From the IMG/VR virus record IMGVR_UViG_3300015608_004663: a DNA stretch of 64,000 bases. One strand, given 5' to 3'. The notes beneath the pieces are model-generated. The model was not told the DNA's origin. It made no database searches and saw only the letters and a list, made by a program, of their open reading frames with translations. Shown one piece after another: positions 7,217 to 15,892 of the stretch. Position numbers and translations under genes: made by a program. Numbering within the stretch: position 1 is the first letter of the stretch; each line of letters begins with the position of its first letter. This DNA is from an uncultured virus (IMG/VR IMGVR_UViG_3300015608_004663). Its lineage: Duplodnaviria > Heunggongvirae > Uroviricota > Caudoviricetes.

Positions 7217-7801
7217 ATGAATTTCGCGCACAAACGATTGCTTCTCAGTTTTCTTAGAGAAGTGCTCGCTGTCAAGCACAAAGATTATGAGATATCTTCT
7301 AGATCTGATGCAGCTGACGAGATAAAACATGATGTGTTTCAGATAATCAAAAAATCTTACGATAAGATCGGTGGACACTCAAAGATCTCAAGCCCTGATG
7401 ACATAAAATCAGAGTATGATGACTGGATCGTTGCTGACACTGATGAAGATCCTGACATAGATGTTTTTGTTGGCGGAAACAAGAGAGGTTCAGGAATGAA
7501 GCTCGGTGCATCAGCTACTGATGGCTCTGCAGAAGCAAAGAATCACATGCTAAAGCTGAAGAAAAAGCTGTTTAGCAACGGCTGGTGGGCTGAAACTTCT
7601 GGTGCAGCCGCGCACATCGCGATCAACAAGCTCGGCGTTCCAACAGTCACAGACGAAAAAACAGTCAAGAAGCTGCTTGGTGATAAGCAGATCACTTGGC
7701 ACGGGCAGCACCCACATGGTGAATTTTCAAACACCTATGGTTGGTACTCCAGAAACATCGGCGGGCACGAACACATCAAGATCATTGTTGGTGATGTTTG
7801 A
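7217..7801 (+). CDS. Hypothetical protein (possible virion-internal protein)
   Basis: Long ORF; likely ATG at 7217. Confidence 0.7.
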   Translation: MNFAHKRLLLSFLREVLAVKHKDYEISSRSDAADEIKHDVFQIIKKSYDKIGGHSKISSPDDIKSEYDDWIVADTDEDPDIDVFVGGNKRGSGMKLGASATDGSAEAKNHMLKLKKKLFSNGWWAETSGAAAHIAINKLGVPTVTDEKTVKKLLGDKQITWHGQHPHGEFSNTYGWYSRNIGGHEHIKIIVGDV

Positions 7802-7811
7802 AATTTTAATT

Positions 7812-7841
7812 GTGCATACTGTCTTGCAATTTAAGTAGTAT
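7812..7841 (+). promoter_or_regulatory. Putative promoter GTGCAT-N18-TAGTAT
   Basis: Recurring motif 8 nt before a tRNA. Confidence 0.55.
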
Positions 7842-7849
7842 TTTTACAT

Positions 7850-7941
7850 GGGACGGTAGCTCACTGGTGGAGCAGGTGGCCTTATAAACCACTGTACGGT
7901 CTGATATACCGAAGGATTGGGTTCGATTCCCGACCGTCCCA
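7850..7941 (+). tRNA. tRNA with UAU (Ile) anticodon and long variable arm
   Basis: Acceptor GGGACGG/CCGTCCC, loop CTTATAA, variable hairpin CGGT...ACCG, T loop TTCGATT. Confidence 0.8.
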
Positions 7942-7942
7942 C

Positions 7943-8485
7943 ATGAACAAGACAATGTGTCGATTGTTGCTAATGACCACGTTAGCAGTGATGAATTGTG
8001 GTGATGCTGGTGTCGCGATATATGCAAGCGAGCCAGTGTGCGTAAAATCTGAATCAGGAACGACAGACACAGATCAGAAAATAATCTGCAAGATCTCTGG
8101 CTGTCCAGAAGATAAGATTATTGCAGAAGCTTTCTCAGTCGAAGACAAACCAGTCAGGTTGTTTTCTGTCAGAGTCAAACAGCCACATGCTCTGTATAAA
8201 TTGTGCATGAAAGTCACAGCAAAAGATGTGCTGAATGATCTTTCAGCTACAGCACCAGTTCAGTTTGTTCTTATTCGAGACGATTATGACAAAACAGTCA
8301 GAACGCTTGCGACAGCGTATGGTGCTATTGGAGACAGACAAGTCTCTAACATCGCTGTTGACGGTCGTGAAATATATGATGGTTCATATAATGTGATCGG
8401 TTATCCAAACACACCAGGCGGTCAACTCCAAGCGCTTCAGTGGAATGTGACAGGATGGATCGAGCGCTTGCGTAACTCATACTGA
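7943..8485 (+). CDS. Putative lipoprotein/secreted protein
   Basis: Hydrophobic leader ending in AVMNC. Confidence 0.6.
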   Translation: MNKTMCRLLLMTTLAVMNCGDAGVAIYASEPVCVKSESGTTDTDQKIICKISGCPEDKIIAEAFSVEDKPVRLFSVRVKQPHALYKLCMKVTAKDVLNDLSATAPVQFVLIRDDYDKTVRTLATAYGAIGDRQVSNIAVDGREIYDGSYNVIGYPNTPGGQLQALQWNVTGWIERLRNSY

Positions 8486-8492
8486 GGAGCAA

Positions 8493-8783
8493 ATGCTAGA
8501 TTTCACTCGATACATAACAAAATCAGAGTATGAAGAGCGACCAGACAGTGAAGAGGGTTCCAAAGCATACAGCGCTTGGAAAGAATCTAAGCAGAGACAC
8601 GAAGCTGAAGTCAAGCAAAACGTAACTAAGTTCATAGAAGACGCTCTAACAGATCTTGAGATCATCGATCATCCAAAAGCATACGAAGCATTTGACATAG
8701 CCTTCCAAGAGAAATGGATCTCTTCTGGCTACGCTGGCGTCTATCATCTTCTATCAGATATTGCAAAGCTCTTGAAAGACTGA
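8493..8783 (+). CDS. Hypothetical protein, paralog of 940-1263
   Basis: GAGGAG RBS; shared HPK..FD.A motif. Confidence 0.75.
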   Translation: MLDFTRYITKSEYEERPDSEEGSKAYSAWKESKQRHEAEVKQNVTKFIEDALTDLEIIDHPKAYEAFDIAFQEKWISSGYAGVYHLLSDIAKLLKD

Positions 8784-9100
8784 CGCGCGAGACTTGCTTG
8801 AGCAAATGTGATGCAAACACGAAGTCTTTGCTTGACTTGTCCAAGTCAATGGACTTTGTAAAGCTGCACAATCATAACGTCAAAACAATTGTTGATGCAA
8901 AACCAGGAGATGTATTCTGCGCTTTTGCTGATGATGATAGTTTAGACTGCTTGATCGTGTGCCTATCAACAGCTCACTTGATCCTAGCTCTGCGAGACGT
9001 TAAAGTAAATTCAATTTGCATCTTTCGCAAGCTAGAGTGGCAGGTAAGAAAAAACATCATCTTTGCTCACCGTCGCTTCATCAAGATCGTTGATTGTTAA
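8714..9100 (+). CDS. Hypothetical protein (PGDVF family); true start probably later
   Basis: AKPGDVF motif. Confidence 0.5.
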   Translation: MDLFWLRWRLSSSIRYCKALERLTRETCLSKCDANTKSLLDLSKSMDFVKLHNHNVKTIVDAKPGDVFCAFADDDSLDCLIVCLSTAHLILALRDVKVNSICIFRKLEWQVRKNIIFAHRRFIKIVDC

Positions 9101-9650
9101 TGGCAGTGATCATGCTTTGCAGATTGTAATCAGGCACTGATGAGATGATAGCAAGCGCTAATTTTTTAACGTTATTTTCGCAGCTGTGTAAAATGATCGG
9201 CTCTTTACCAATGATGCTCAGTTGCTCTTCGATTAATTTATCGATTTCGCTTGTCTGCTCTTCTGTGTGATATCTTCCCACTGCATCATAAGCGTGAGCT
9301 CTCTTCACAAAAACATCTAGCGAGTTAAAGCTGCGCTCAACAGTTCTAACAAGCGAAAAGAAAAGATTCTGATGTTGACCAGCGTAATACACAATCGAGT
9401 TTAGACTTGGTGAATCAGTGATCACAATATCAACTTTGTTCTTCAGTCTGTTGACTCTGTGCATCTGCTCACCAAACACATAGATCTGATCATCAAGAGA
9501 CTTGATCGACTCTTCCCACACCTTGTCTTTCGCAAACTCAGTCACAAGCTCGCAAGAAACACCAGCCCACCTCAAATACGCAAACAATCCAGCAGCCATT
9601 GCAGATTTCCCTGCTCCAGGCGCTCCGTGAAAATTTACAAGTAGTTTCAA
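9081..9650 (-). CDS. NadR/AAA_28-like P-loop kinase
   Basis: GAPGAGKS Walker A, ELVTEFAK, ITDSP. Confidence 0.8.
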   Translation of the reverse strand: MKLLVNFHGAPGAGKSAMAAGLFAYLRWAGVSCELVTEFAKDKVWEESIKSLDDQIYVFGEQMHRVNRLKNKVDIVITDSPSLNSIVYYAGQHQNLFFSLVRTVERSFNSLDVFVKRAHAYDAVGRYHTEEQTSEIDKLIEEQLSIIGKEPIILHSCENNVKKLALAIISSVPDYNLQSMITAINNQRS

Positions 9651-9707
9651 CTGTGTCTCTCCTGTTTGTTGTAGTGTAGTATTTATTTACTGAGCGCAAT
9701 TGAAGAT

Positions 9708-10127
9708 TTGTATCTGATACACGGTGCACAATCTGCAGCGAACCAGACAATGTCAAACAGAATCAAAAAAGATAGATTGAAATTTGCTATCAATCGCGCA
9801 TCAAGCGCTATCAGCATCTCAGCAAGATCAGACATTGATGTTGAACTAGACAAGTATGATTCTGATGTCTTCGATGATTTTGATTATGATTTTGAAAATC
9901 AATCGCGCAATGAAGACATAATATTTCACAACGCGATCGAGCCAACAAGCGGCGAGTTGTTTTATAACGATTTTGTGATCGTGATCATGATCAATCACAG
10001 CATGGCGATTATTGCAAGCGATCTAGATAACGAATCTCAGATCACTGATCTAAGACAAGAATCAAATTATTACATAAACAATTTAAGAAATGAAAGATCT
10101 GAATTCAGAGCAAAATTGGATCTATGA
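9708..10127 (+). CDS. Hypothetical protein
   Basis: ORF only. Confidence 0.55.
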   Translation: MYLIHGAQSAANQTMSNRIKKDRLKFAINRASSAISISARSDIDVELDKYDSDVFDDFDYDFENQSRNEDIIFHNAIEPTSGELFYNDFVIVIMINHSMAIIASDLDNESQITDLRQESNYYINNLRNERSEFRAKLDL

Positions 10128-10848
10128 TCTTATAGAGTCTTCTGATGAAGTAGACATTGAAGAGATCAATTCTGAGCAACTTTCAAGCACGATCTCAGAA
10201 AAGAAGCACAGAGAGCTTCGATCTGTCATCACTGGAGTTTGCAACTGCAGAGCGTGCAGAGTGTACAGGCGAGAGCGACAGAATTTGACGCTTTTAACGC
10301 AGCAAGCTAAGTGCGCAGACAAAGATCTGTCATTAGAGATCGGTCTAAACTGCATATTGATCTCTCCAACATCTCAAGATAGATTAATAATCAAGCAGTT
10401 GCTTGAATTGAATAACTTCGCGCTGATTCCCCGCTTGTCTTACAATGACATGCTCGCAGTGATCAAAGAGATTGATGTTGACTTGCTAGCGATGCCGCAC
10501 TGCGCTGTCTCTAGCAGTGGCACACAAATATATGTCACAGAGGGATCGTGGACAAGCAAGTTAAGCGAAGCATCGATCACAGCGATCTCTAGCATAAATG
10601 CGTTCCTGTCGTGCGCGGCTGCCCTAGCTAGGCACAGTGACACAATTTGGATCTTCGATATGCCTGACATAGCTGTTCACAGATCGCATCTGAAAGATTT
10701 CAGCAAAAAGTTATCGCAGATCGCGATGAAATACTCATCTAGGCTCGTGGTGATAACACAAAATCCAGAGCTTCTCGCTCACGCTGAGAATCAGTACGTC
10801 ATAAACTTAACAAAAATCACTCCATTAAATAGAAAGATAATACCGTGA
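10090..10848 (+). CDS. Hypothetical protein with degenerate ABC-ATPase-like C-terminus
   Basis: IWIFDMPDIAVH (Walker B/D-loop-like) and VVITQNPEL (H-loop-like); no Walker A. Confidence 0.5.
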   Translation: MKDLNSEQNWIYDLIESSDEVDIEEINSEQLSSTISEKKHRELRSVITGVCNCRACRVYRRERQNLTLLTQQAKCADKDLSLEIGLNCILISPTSQDRLIIKQLLELNNFALIPRLSYNDMLAVIKEIDVDLLAMPHCAVSSSGTQIYVTEGSWTSKLSEASITAISSINAFLSCAAALARHSDTIWIFDMPDIAVHRSHLKDFSKKLSQIAMKYSSRLVVITQNPELLAHAENQYVINLTKITPLNRKIIP

Positions 10849-11045
10849 ACATGCGAACGATTCCAGTCAGAAACAAGCAAAGAATAACTTTGCCCAAAAG
10901 AAGTGCTATTAGAGAAATTGTGTGCATTTTTCAGATCACATCCCAAGTGAATTTTTTTGGTGGGTTGAATCACAAGACGATGATTGCGGGTTGATCGATC
11001 GCAGATGCACTCGATGCGGAAAGCAATGTTAAAGAAAGAGCAAAC

Positions 11046-11597
11046 ATGAAAAGCTTGAAACGAGTACTTGTCATTGATGTTGAAGCAACTTGCTGGAAAA
11101 GTCAGAAAGACACTCCCGATAATGAATCAAGTGAAATAATTCAAATAGGCGCAGTTCTTGTTGACGCAGAGCAGCTTGTAAGAATTGACAAGCGACGAAT
11201 TTACGTTAAGCCTGAGAGATCGCGAATCAGTGATTTCTGCTCGCGCTTGACGGGAATAACAGAGAAAGATGTCGCGAACGGTGTCTCTTTTGAGAGCGCT
11301 TGCGAGCAGCTCAGAACAGACTTTAAATCAAAAGAGATACCGTGGGCAAGCTACGGTGATTACGATCGACACCAATTCATCAAGCAGACAAATGGTGCGA
11401 TTCCATTTGGATCTCGTCACATCAATGTCAAAACGCTTGCTGGTTTGGCGCTTGGTGAGCAGCACGAGCTCGGCATGGATGAAGCGCTCTCAAAATTAAA
11501 TCTAGAATTAGAGGGAAGGCACCATGATGCAGCAGATGACGCTTGGAACATAGCGAAGATCTTCATTCACTTGATGAAAAAGTGCCGCAGCAACTAG
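11046..11597 (+). CDS. DEDDh 3'-5' exonuclease (ERI1/KapD-like)
   Basis: VIDVEATC, EIIQIG, LTGI, HHDAADDA. Confidence 0.9.
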   Translation: MKSLKRVLVIDVEATCWKSQKDTPDNESSEIIQIGAVLVDAEQLVRIDKRRIYVKPERSRISDFCSRLTGITEKDVANGVSFESACEQLRTDFKSKEIPWASYGDYDRHQFIKQTNGAIPFGSRHINVKTLAGLALGEQHELGMDEALSKLNLELEGRHHDAADDAWNIAKIFIHLMKKCRSN

Positions 11598-11610
11598 TGA
11601 AAGGTGAAAC

Positions 11611-12924
11611 ATGTCATACATTTCAGAGATTCTTGAAGTAAGCGAAGCAAAAACTAAAAAAGAGAAGATCTCTATGCTGCGGAGCATGAGCGATGTGGCG
11701 TTCACGCTTATCGTCGCCGGAATTGATCCGTGGCAGATCTGGTTCGTGTCAGATGTGCCGAGCGGCGCTGATGAGCTAGAGTTTGGAGATCTTGATAGCG
11801 ACACTGCTGCGATTGCCTTTCTGCAGATACTTGATGAGCTCAAAACTGGGCAGTACAGAGGAAACGCCGCCACAGAACTTTTAACATCATTTTGGGCAGA
11901 GATTGGTCAGACTGAGCGTGAGATATTCGGAAGAATCTTGAGAAAAAAGATGCGCATTGGTGTTGGCATCTCGAGCATCAATGAAGCGCGACCTGGCACG
12001 ATCAAAGAATTTGATCTGCCGCTGTGTGATTCGCTCGAAGCAGTCATAACTGCTTCGACTATCGAGTGGCGCGGGAAGATCAAACCAGAATTGCCGTGCT
12101 ACGCCGATGTCAAGCTTGACGGATTGAGAGTTCTCTGCGTTCGCAGAGAAGCAGGCAGCGATTGGGAACTTTACACTCGCGGAGGTGATCTGATTGAGAC
12201 GATGCCTGGCGCGCAAGAAGCTCTAAAATCTTTTGTGCCCAAAGAACTCGGCGCTGTCATTCTGCACGCAGAGGGATACGGAACAAGCTGGGCTGATTCT
12301 GCTTCTTCGATCATGGCGAAGAAGCGCAGCAAAATTCAGAACGATCGTGGCTTACCGCTTTGGTTGTTTGACATCGTTGCTATGAGCGAATTTGATGGAA
12401 CTGCTGCACCAAAGACACCGTTTGAAGCTAGAAGGAATCTGCTAGTTTCACTGTTCGCAAGCGGAGAGCAGCAGTTCATCAAGCTGATGCCATCATATTA
12501 CGTAAAATCTGATGAAGATATCATCGCAGCCTTCAATGAAGCTACAAAATTTGGTGAAGGTCTTGTCTTAAAAAAGAGATCAGCAGTTCATCATCTTGGC
12601 AGATCGCAGAACTGGCTAAAACTGAAGCCGATCCAAACGTGGGAAGGCCAAGTCGTTGAAACGTTTGAAGGCAAGAATGGCACTCGCTTGGAGGGAGTCT
12701 TTGCTGGATTTCGCATAATCCTGCCTGAAACTGGAGCGATCACTGAAGTTGGCAGCGGCTTCACAGATGAGCAGCGACAGCAATACACGCGCAAACTTAA
12801 ACAAAATGCAAACGCTTTGAAAAACATCTGGATCGAAGTTGAAGGACAGCCTCCTCTGACAGAGGATGGCAGAATACGATTTCCAGTGTTCGTTCGAGAG
12901 AGATCATCTCGTGATCTAGGTTGA
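11611..12924 (+). CDS. ATP-dependent DNA ligase
   Basis: KLDGLR, EGLVLK, WLKLKP, VGSGF, RFPVF. Confidence 0.95.
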   Translation: MSYISEILEVSEAKTKKEKISMLRSMSDVAFTLIVAGIDPWQIWFVSDVPSGADELEFGDLDSDTAAIAFLQILDELKTGQYRGNAATELLTSFWAEIGQTEREIFGRILRKKMRIGVGISSINEARPGTIKEFDLPLCDSLEAVITASTIEWRGKIKPELPCYADVKLDGLRVLCVRREAGSDWELYTRGGDLIETMPGAQEALKSFVPKELGAVILHAEGYGTSWADSASSIMAKKRSKIQNDRGLPLWLFDIVAMSEFDGTAAPKTPFEARRNLLVSLFASGEQQFIKLMPSYYVKSDEDIIAAFNEATKFGEGLVLKKRSAVHHLGRSQNWLKLKPIQTWEGQVVETFEGKNGTRLEGVFAGFRIILPETGAITEVGSGFTDEQRQQYTRKLKQNANALKNIWIEVEGQPPLTEDGRIRFPVFVRERSSRDLG

Positions 12925-12975
12925 GAGAGATTTCAGATCAAAGATCCTGCCTGCAAACTTCAGATCAGATCTGCT

Positions 12976-13311
12976 ATAGCTTCTAAGCGTCTGTTTCGCT
13001 AGCGCGCAAACAAAGACAATTTCTGCCAAGCTCAATCTCTGGTTCAAAACAGCACACCAGACAGCGCTCGTGACCGCTTGTTCCAACCATAATAGATGCT
13101 ATGGTACCCCAAACAAGGGGTCACTGTGTGACTCTAGAGTGACACAAACAAGGTCTTAGCGATGACTTGGCTTGTGCTCTTTGAGATCAGTGACTGTCGC
13201 TTTAGCCACCAGCTAAAGCGCTTGAAATTTTGCAGGTTTGATGAAAGACAGCAGCTGATCAGCTGCTTTGAACTCTTGCGGTGACGGTAGAGATAAGATC
13301 TTAGAAGCTAT
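12976..13311 (+). ncRNA. Candidate ~335-nt highly structured ncRNA (strand uncertain)
   Basis: Perfect 12-bp closing stem ATAGCTTCTAAG/CTTAGAAGCTAT enclosing many nested helices; no ORF of 60 aa or more. Confidence 0.65.
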
Positions 13312-13628
13312 CGAATCGGCCGAGGAATAACAATTTGTAAGATGTAAAAGTCTTTGCTGGATGTCGGCGCGCCAACTGAAGATGAATCTTCAATCGTTAC
13401 AAACTTATCTTGCTCAGTTGCAGTAGCTTCACACTTTCCAGTCGCAGAGTTGCAATACGTTCTGCCTGTGCACGGCGGATCACAGATCACGCATATCTGT
13501 GGATGTGATTGATCTGGTAGCTTTGTTTTTGAGCACTGCGCTCCAAGCGTCACGATGAGCGATACGATGCTAAGCATCATCAAAATGTTTTTGACTGCGG
13601 TGCTGAATTTTTCTTCTTTTTCATTCAT
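13308..13628 (-). CDS. Membrane-anchored Cys-rich protein
   Basis: N-terminal hydrophobic helix; CVICDPPCTGRTYC...C. Confidence 0.65.
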   Translation of the reverse strand: MNEKEEKFSTAVKNILMMLSIVSLIVTLGAQCSKTKLPDQSHPQICVICDPPCTGRTYCNSATGKCEATATEQDKFVTIEDSSSVGAPTSSKDFYILQIVIPRPIR

Positions 13629-13632
13629 GTGT

Positions 13633-13818
13633 TTACAGCGTTATTTTGTTGCACGATCTGCAGTTGCATGATATCATGTGCACACAGATCGTTCCATCAG
13701 ATTTAACACCAGTTCCTTGACACTGATCGCAAGATTGATGCAAGCATCTTGCGCTAAGACTTGCTAGCATTTTCTGATATTTTGCGAAATTTACGTGATC
13801 TGCAAGCGGCATCTGCAC
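13633..13818 (-). CDS. Small Cys-rich (Zn-binding) protein
   Basis: CLHQSCDQCQGTG...CVHMISCNCRSC; AGGAG RBS. Confidence 0.65.
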   Translation of the reverse strand: MQMPLADHVNFAKYQKMLASLSARCLHQSCDQCQGTGVKSDGTICVHMISCNCRSCNKITL

Positions 13819-13903
13819 TCCTTTTAAATATGAGGTAAGCTCGCTGTGATAAAATGATCACAGCTTGTGGTGTTTCTTAAACTGCTAAAAGAAAGCTCGA
13901 GTA

Positions 13904-14263
13904 TCACTTGATGAACCATGTCGCTCGCTCATCGCCGTTGTGTTTAAGTTTCTTTGATAAAGGAGCGTAAAGATCGATGTCTGCGTGCACCGGCCCCCAG
14001 TCTGCAACTACAGCTTCAGAGCACAATTGCGTTCTGTTTACGCAGACTTGAACCAAAGTGTAGCACGGTATTTTCTTGTGCGCTACGATCAGACCCATTT
14101 CTATTAGCTTTTTGATGCGCTCAGTGGGTGGTTTTCTGTGAGCAACGCAAGCGAGGTGCGAGATGCGACCCATCGTGTTCCATGGGTCTCTGGTTGGGTG
14201 ATCAAACATTGTTGCTCGACCAGAAAAAATTGCAAGGAAGCAAGAAAGCAAGATAGCGAGCAC
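13904..14263 (-). CDS. RlpA-like double-psi beta-barrel protein
   Basis: VAHKKIPCYTLVQV...VVADWGP...DIDL. Confidence 0.65.
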   Translation of the reverse strand: MLAILLSCFLAIFSGRATMFDHPTRDPWNTMGRISHLACVAHRKPPTERIKKLIEMGLIVAHKKIPCYTLVQVCVNRTQLCSEAVVADWGPVHADIDLYAPLSKKLKHNGDERATWFIK

Positions 14264-14317
14264 GAAAACACTAGCTCCATCAGGAGCTAATTATATGCAT
14301 TATTTTGAATTAATTCA

Positions 14318-15850
14318 CTAATTTGTTTCATCATAGATGACAGAGCTTAGAGCTACAAAAGTCCTGCACACGCTCGCTGCGTTTTCAAAAGCGCACACAG
14401 CAGCAAGAGCAGAATCAATCAGCCAGATTGGATTGTGCACTATCTCATCATTCAAAGCATCATACGCATCTTCTAAATTCTTGCGAGAGACTGTGAACCA
14501 ATCAAATGAGCGACCAGCATTCTTCACGATAGCTCTAGCTGGTGCTTCTGCGCCAGCTTTCAAAATCTCTCTTGTCTGTGAATCTACGTCAGACATGTCT
14601 GTCATAGCTAGAGCGTCAAGCATCGCGGCGCCGCCGCCTCTAACAACACCGCTGATCAGAGCAGCTTTGCAGGCAGCTACTGCATCTTCTACTCTGTGCT
14701 TCTTCTCAATCATCTCTGCTTGAGTTGGAGCGACTATTCTTACGATCGCGTGCTTCGCAGCTAGTGAAGCTATTCTTGATTGAATAGCAACTCTCTCTCT
14801 GCTGTCTGCACACTCTTTCAGTTTCTCTGTCAAAAAGTCTATCTGGGAATTTACTCTAGACTGATCTTGCAAAATGAGAGCGCAGCCAGTTTTGTCAGCG
14901 TAGAATCGCTTGATCAACCCTGGTTTTGCTGGACTGTCAGCATCTGCGTCTAAAGGTTCAGCACCAACAGCAGCTGCGATGTCTGTGACTTCATCGTATG
15001 TCGGTCTGATCAGTTTGCAAGCGTAAACATCTATGTTTGCTTTTGTTCTGTTGTTAACGAGTGCTTGCAGAGCAGCTTGATCATAATCTGAGTACAGAAG
15101 TAACACAGCTATCTTTTGCTTCTGCGCTTCTTGCAGAACGGGTATGATGCTGGAGAATGATTGCAATCTGCCGCGAGAGATCACGACAAGCGTTGATTCT
15201 GCAGCGCAAGCTAGCTTGTTTTGAACGTTCGCAAAGTGCGCTGATAAGATCTCAGCTCTGATGATTATGCCATCAGAGATTGACACGCTTGTTATACCGG
15301 TGTCTGCTGACTCAAGCTGGATCTTTCCGTTTTCTCCAGCTCCCAAGACAGCATCAACTGCAACAGACGCTAATTCGCTGTCACCGTTAGCTGCTATCAG
15401 CGCCACTCGCCGAAGCTGCTCTTCTTCGCGACACGGTTTAGCAAGAGCTAAAAGATTTTTGGCGAATCTGCTAAAGATAACTGGTAATTCGCGCCTGAGC
15501 TTTGATTGCGAAAAATTAGCTGCGATTGCTCTCTCTGCTTGAGACAGCATCGCTTCGATCATAACTGTGCAGGTTGATGTTCCGTCACCAGCAGATTCAG
15601 CTGTTTTTCTTGCTGCGTCTTGCGCTAATTCTGCGCCCATCTTCTCAGCTGGATGCTTTGGAGACACAGATTTGCTGACGGTGACACCGTCTTTAGTTGC
15701 TATCGTTTTACCGTCTGTGTCTTTTAGTAGAACTGTGAGTCCGCAGGGACCCATGGTAGAGCTAACAGGATTTGCAACAGCGCGAACACCAGCTAGGAGA
15801 CGCTCTCTTGCTTCTTGACCTTGCAGTATTACTGTGTGCGTTTTATTCAT
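14318..15850 (-). CDS. groEL: Chaperonin GroEL-like protein
   Basis: TMGPCG, TKDGVTV, AGDGTST, GVVRGGG. Confidence 0.92.
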   Translation of the reverse strand: MNKTHTVILQGQEARERLLAGVRAVANPVSSTMGPCGLTVLLKDTDGKTIATKDGVTVSKSVSPKHPAEKMGAELAQDAARKTAESAGDGTSTCTVMIEAMLSQAERAIAANFSQSKLRRELPVIFSRFAKNLLALAKPCREEEQLRRVALIAANGDSELASVAVDAVLGAGENGKIQLESADTGITSVSISDGIIIRAEILSAHFANVQNKLACAAESTLVVISRGRLQSFSSIIPVLQEAQKQKIAVLLLYSDYDQAALQALVNNRTKANIDVYACKLIRPTYDEVTDIAAAVGAEPLDADADSPAKPGLIKRFYADKTGCALILQDQSRVNSQIDFLTEKLKECADSRERVAIQSRIASLAAKHAIVRIVAPTQAEMIEKKHRVEDAVAACKAALISGVVRGGGAAMLDALAMTDMSDVDSQTREILKAGAEAPARAIVKNAGRSFDWFTVSRKNLEDAYDALNDEIVHNPIWLIDSALAAVCAFENAASVCRTFVALSSVIYDETN

Positions 15851-15881
15851 GTCGATCTAGATTTAAAGCTCTAGATCGACA
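15850..15881. promoter_or_regulatory. 12-bp inverted repeat abutting the groEL start
   Basis: TGTCGATCTAGA-N8-TCTAGATCGACA. Confidence 0.6.
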
Positions 15882-15892
15882 ATGTTCATGAT

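Noticed and set aside
12976..13311. RNase P RNA, tmRNA or group I/II intron assignment
   Set aside because: I could not find GAGGAAAGUCC with its P4 partner, tRNA-like ends, or convincing intron catalytic motifs on either strand.
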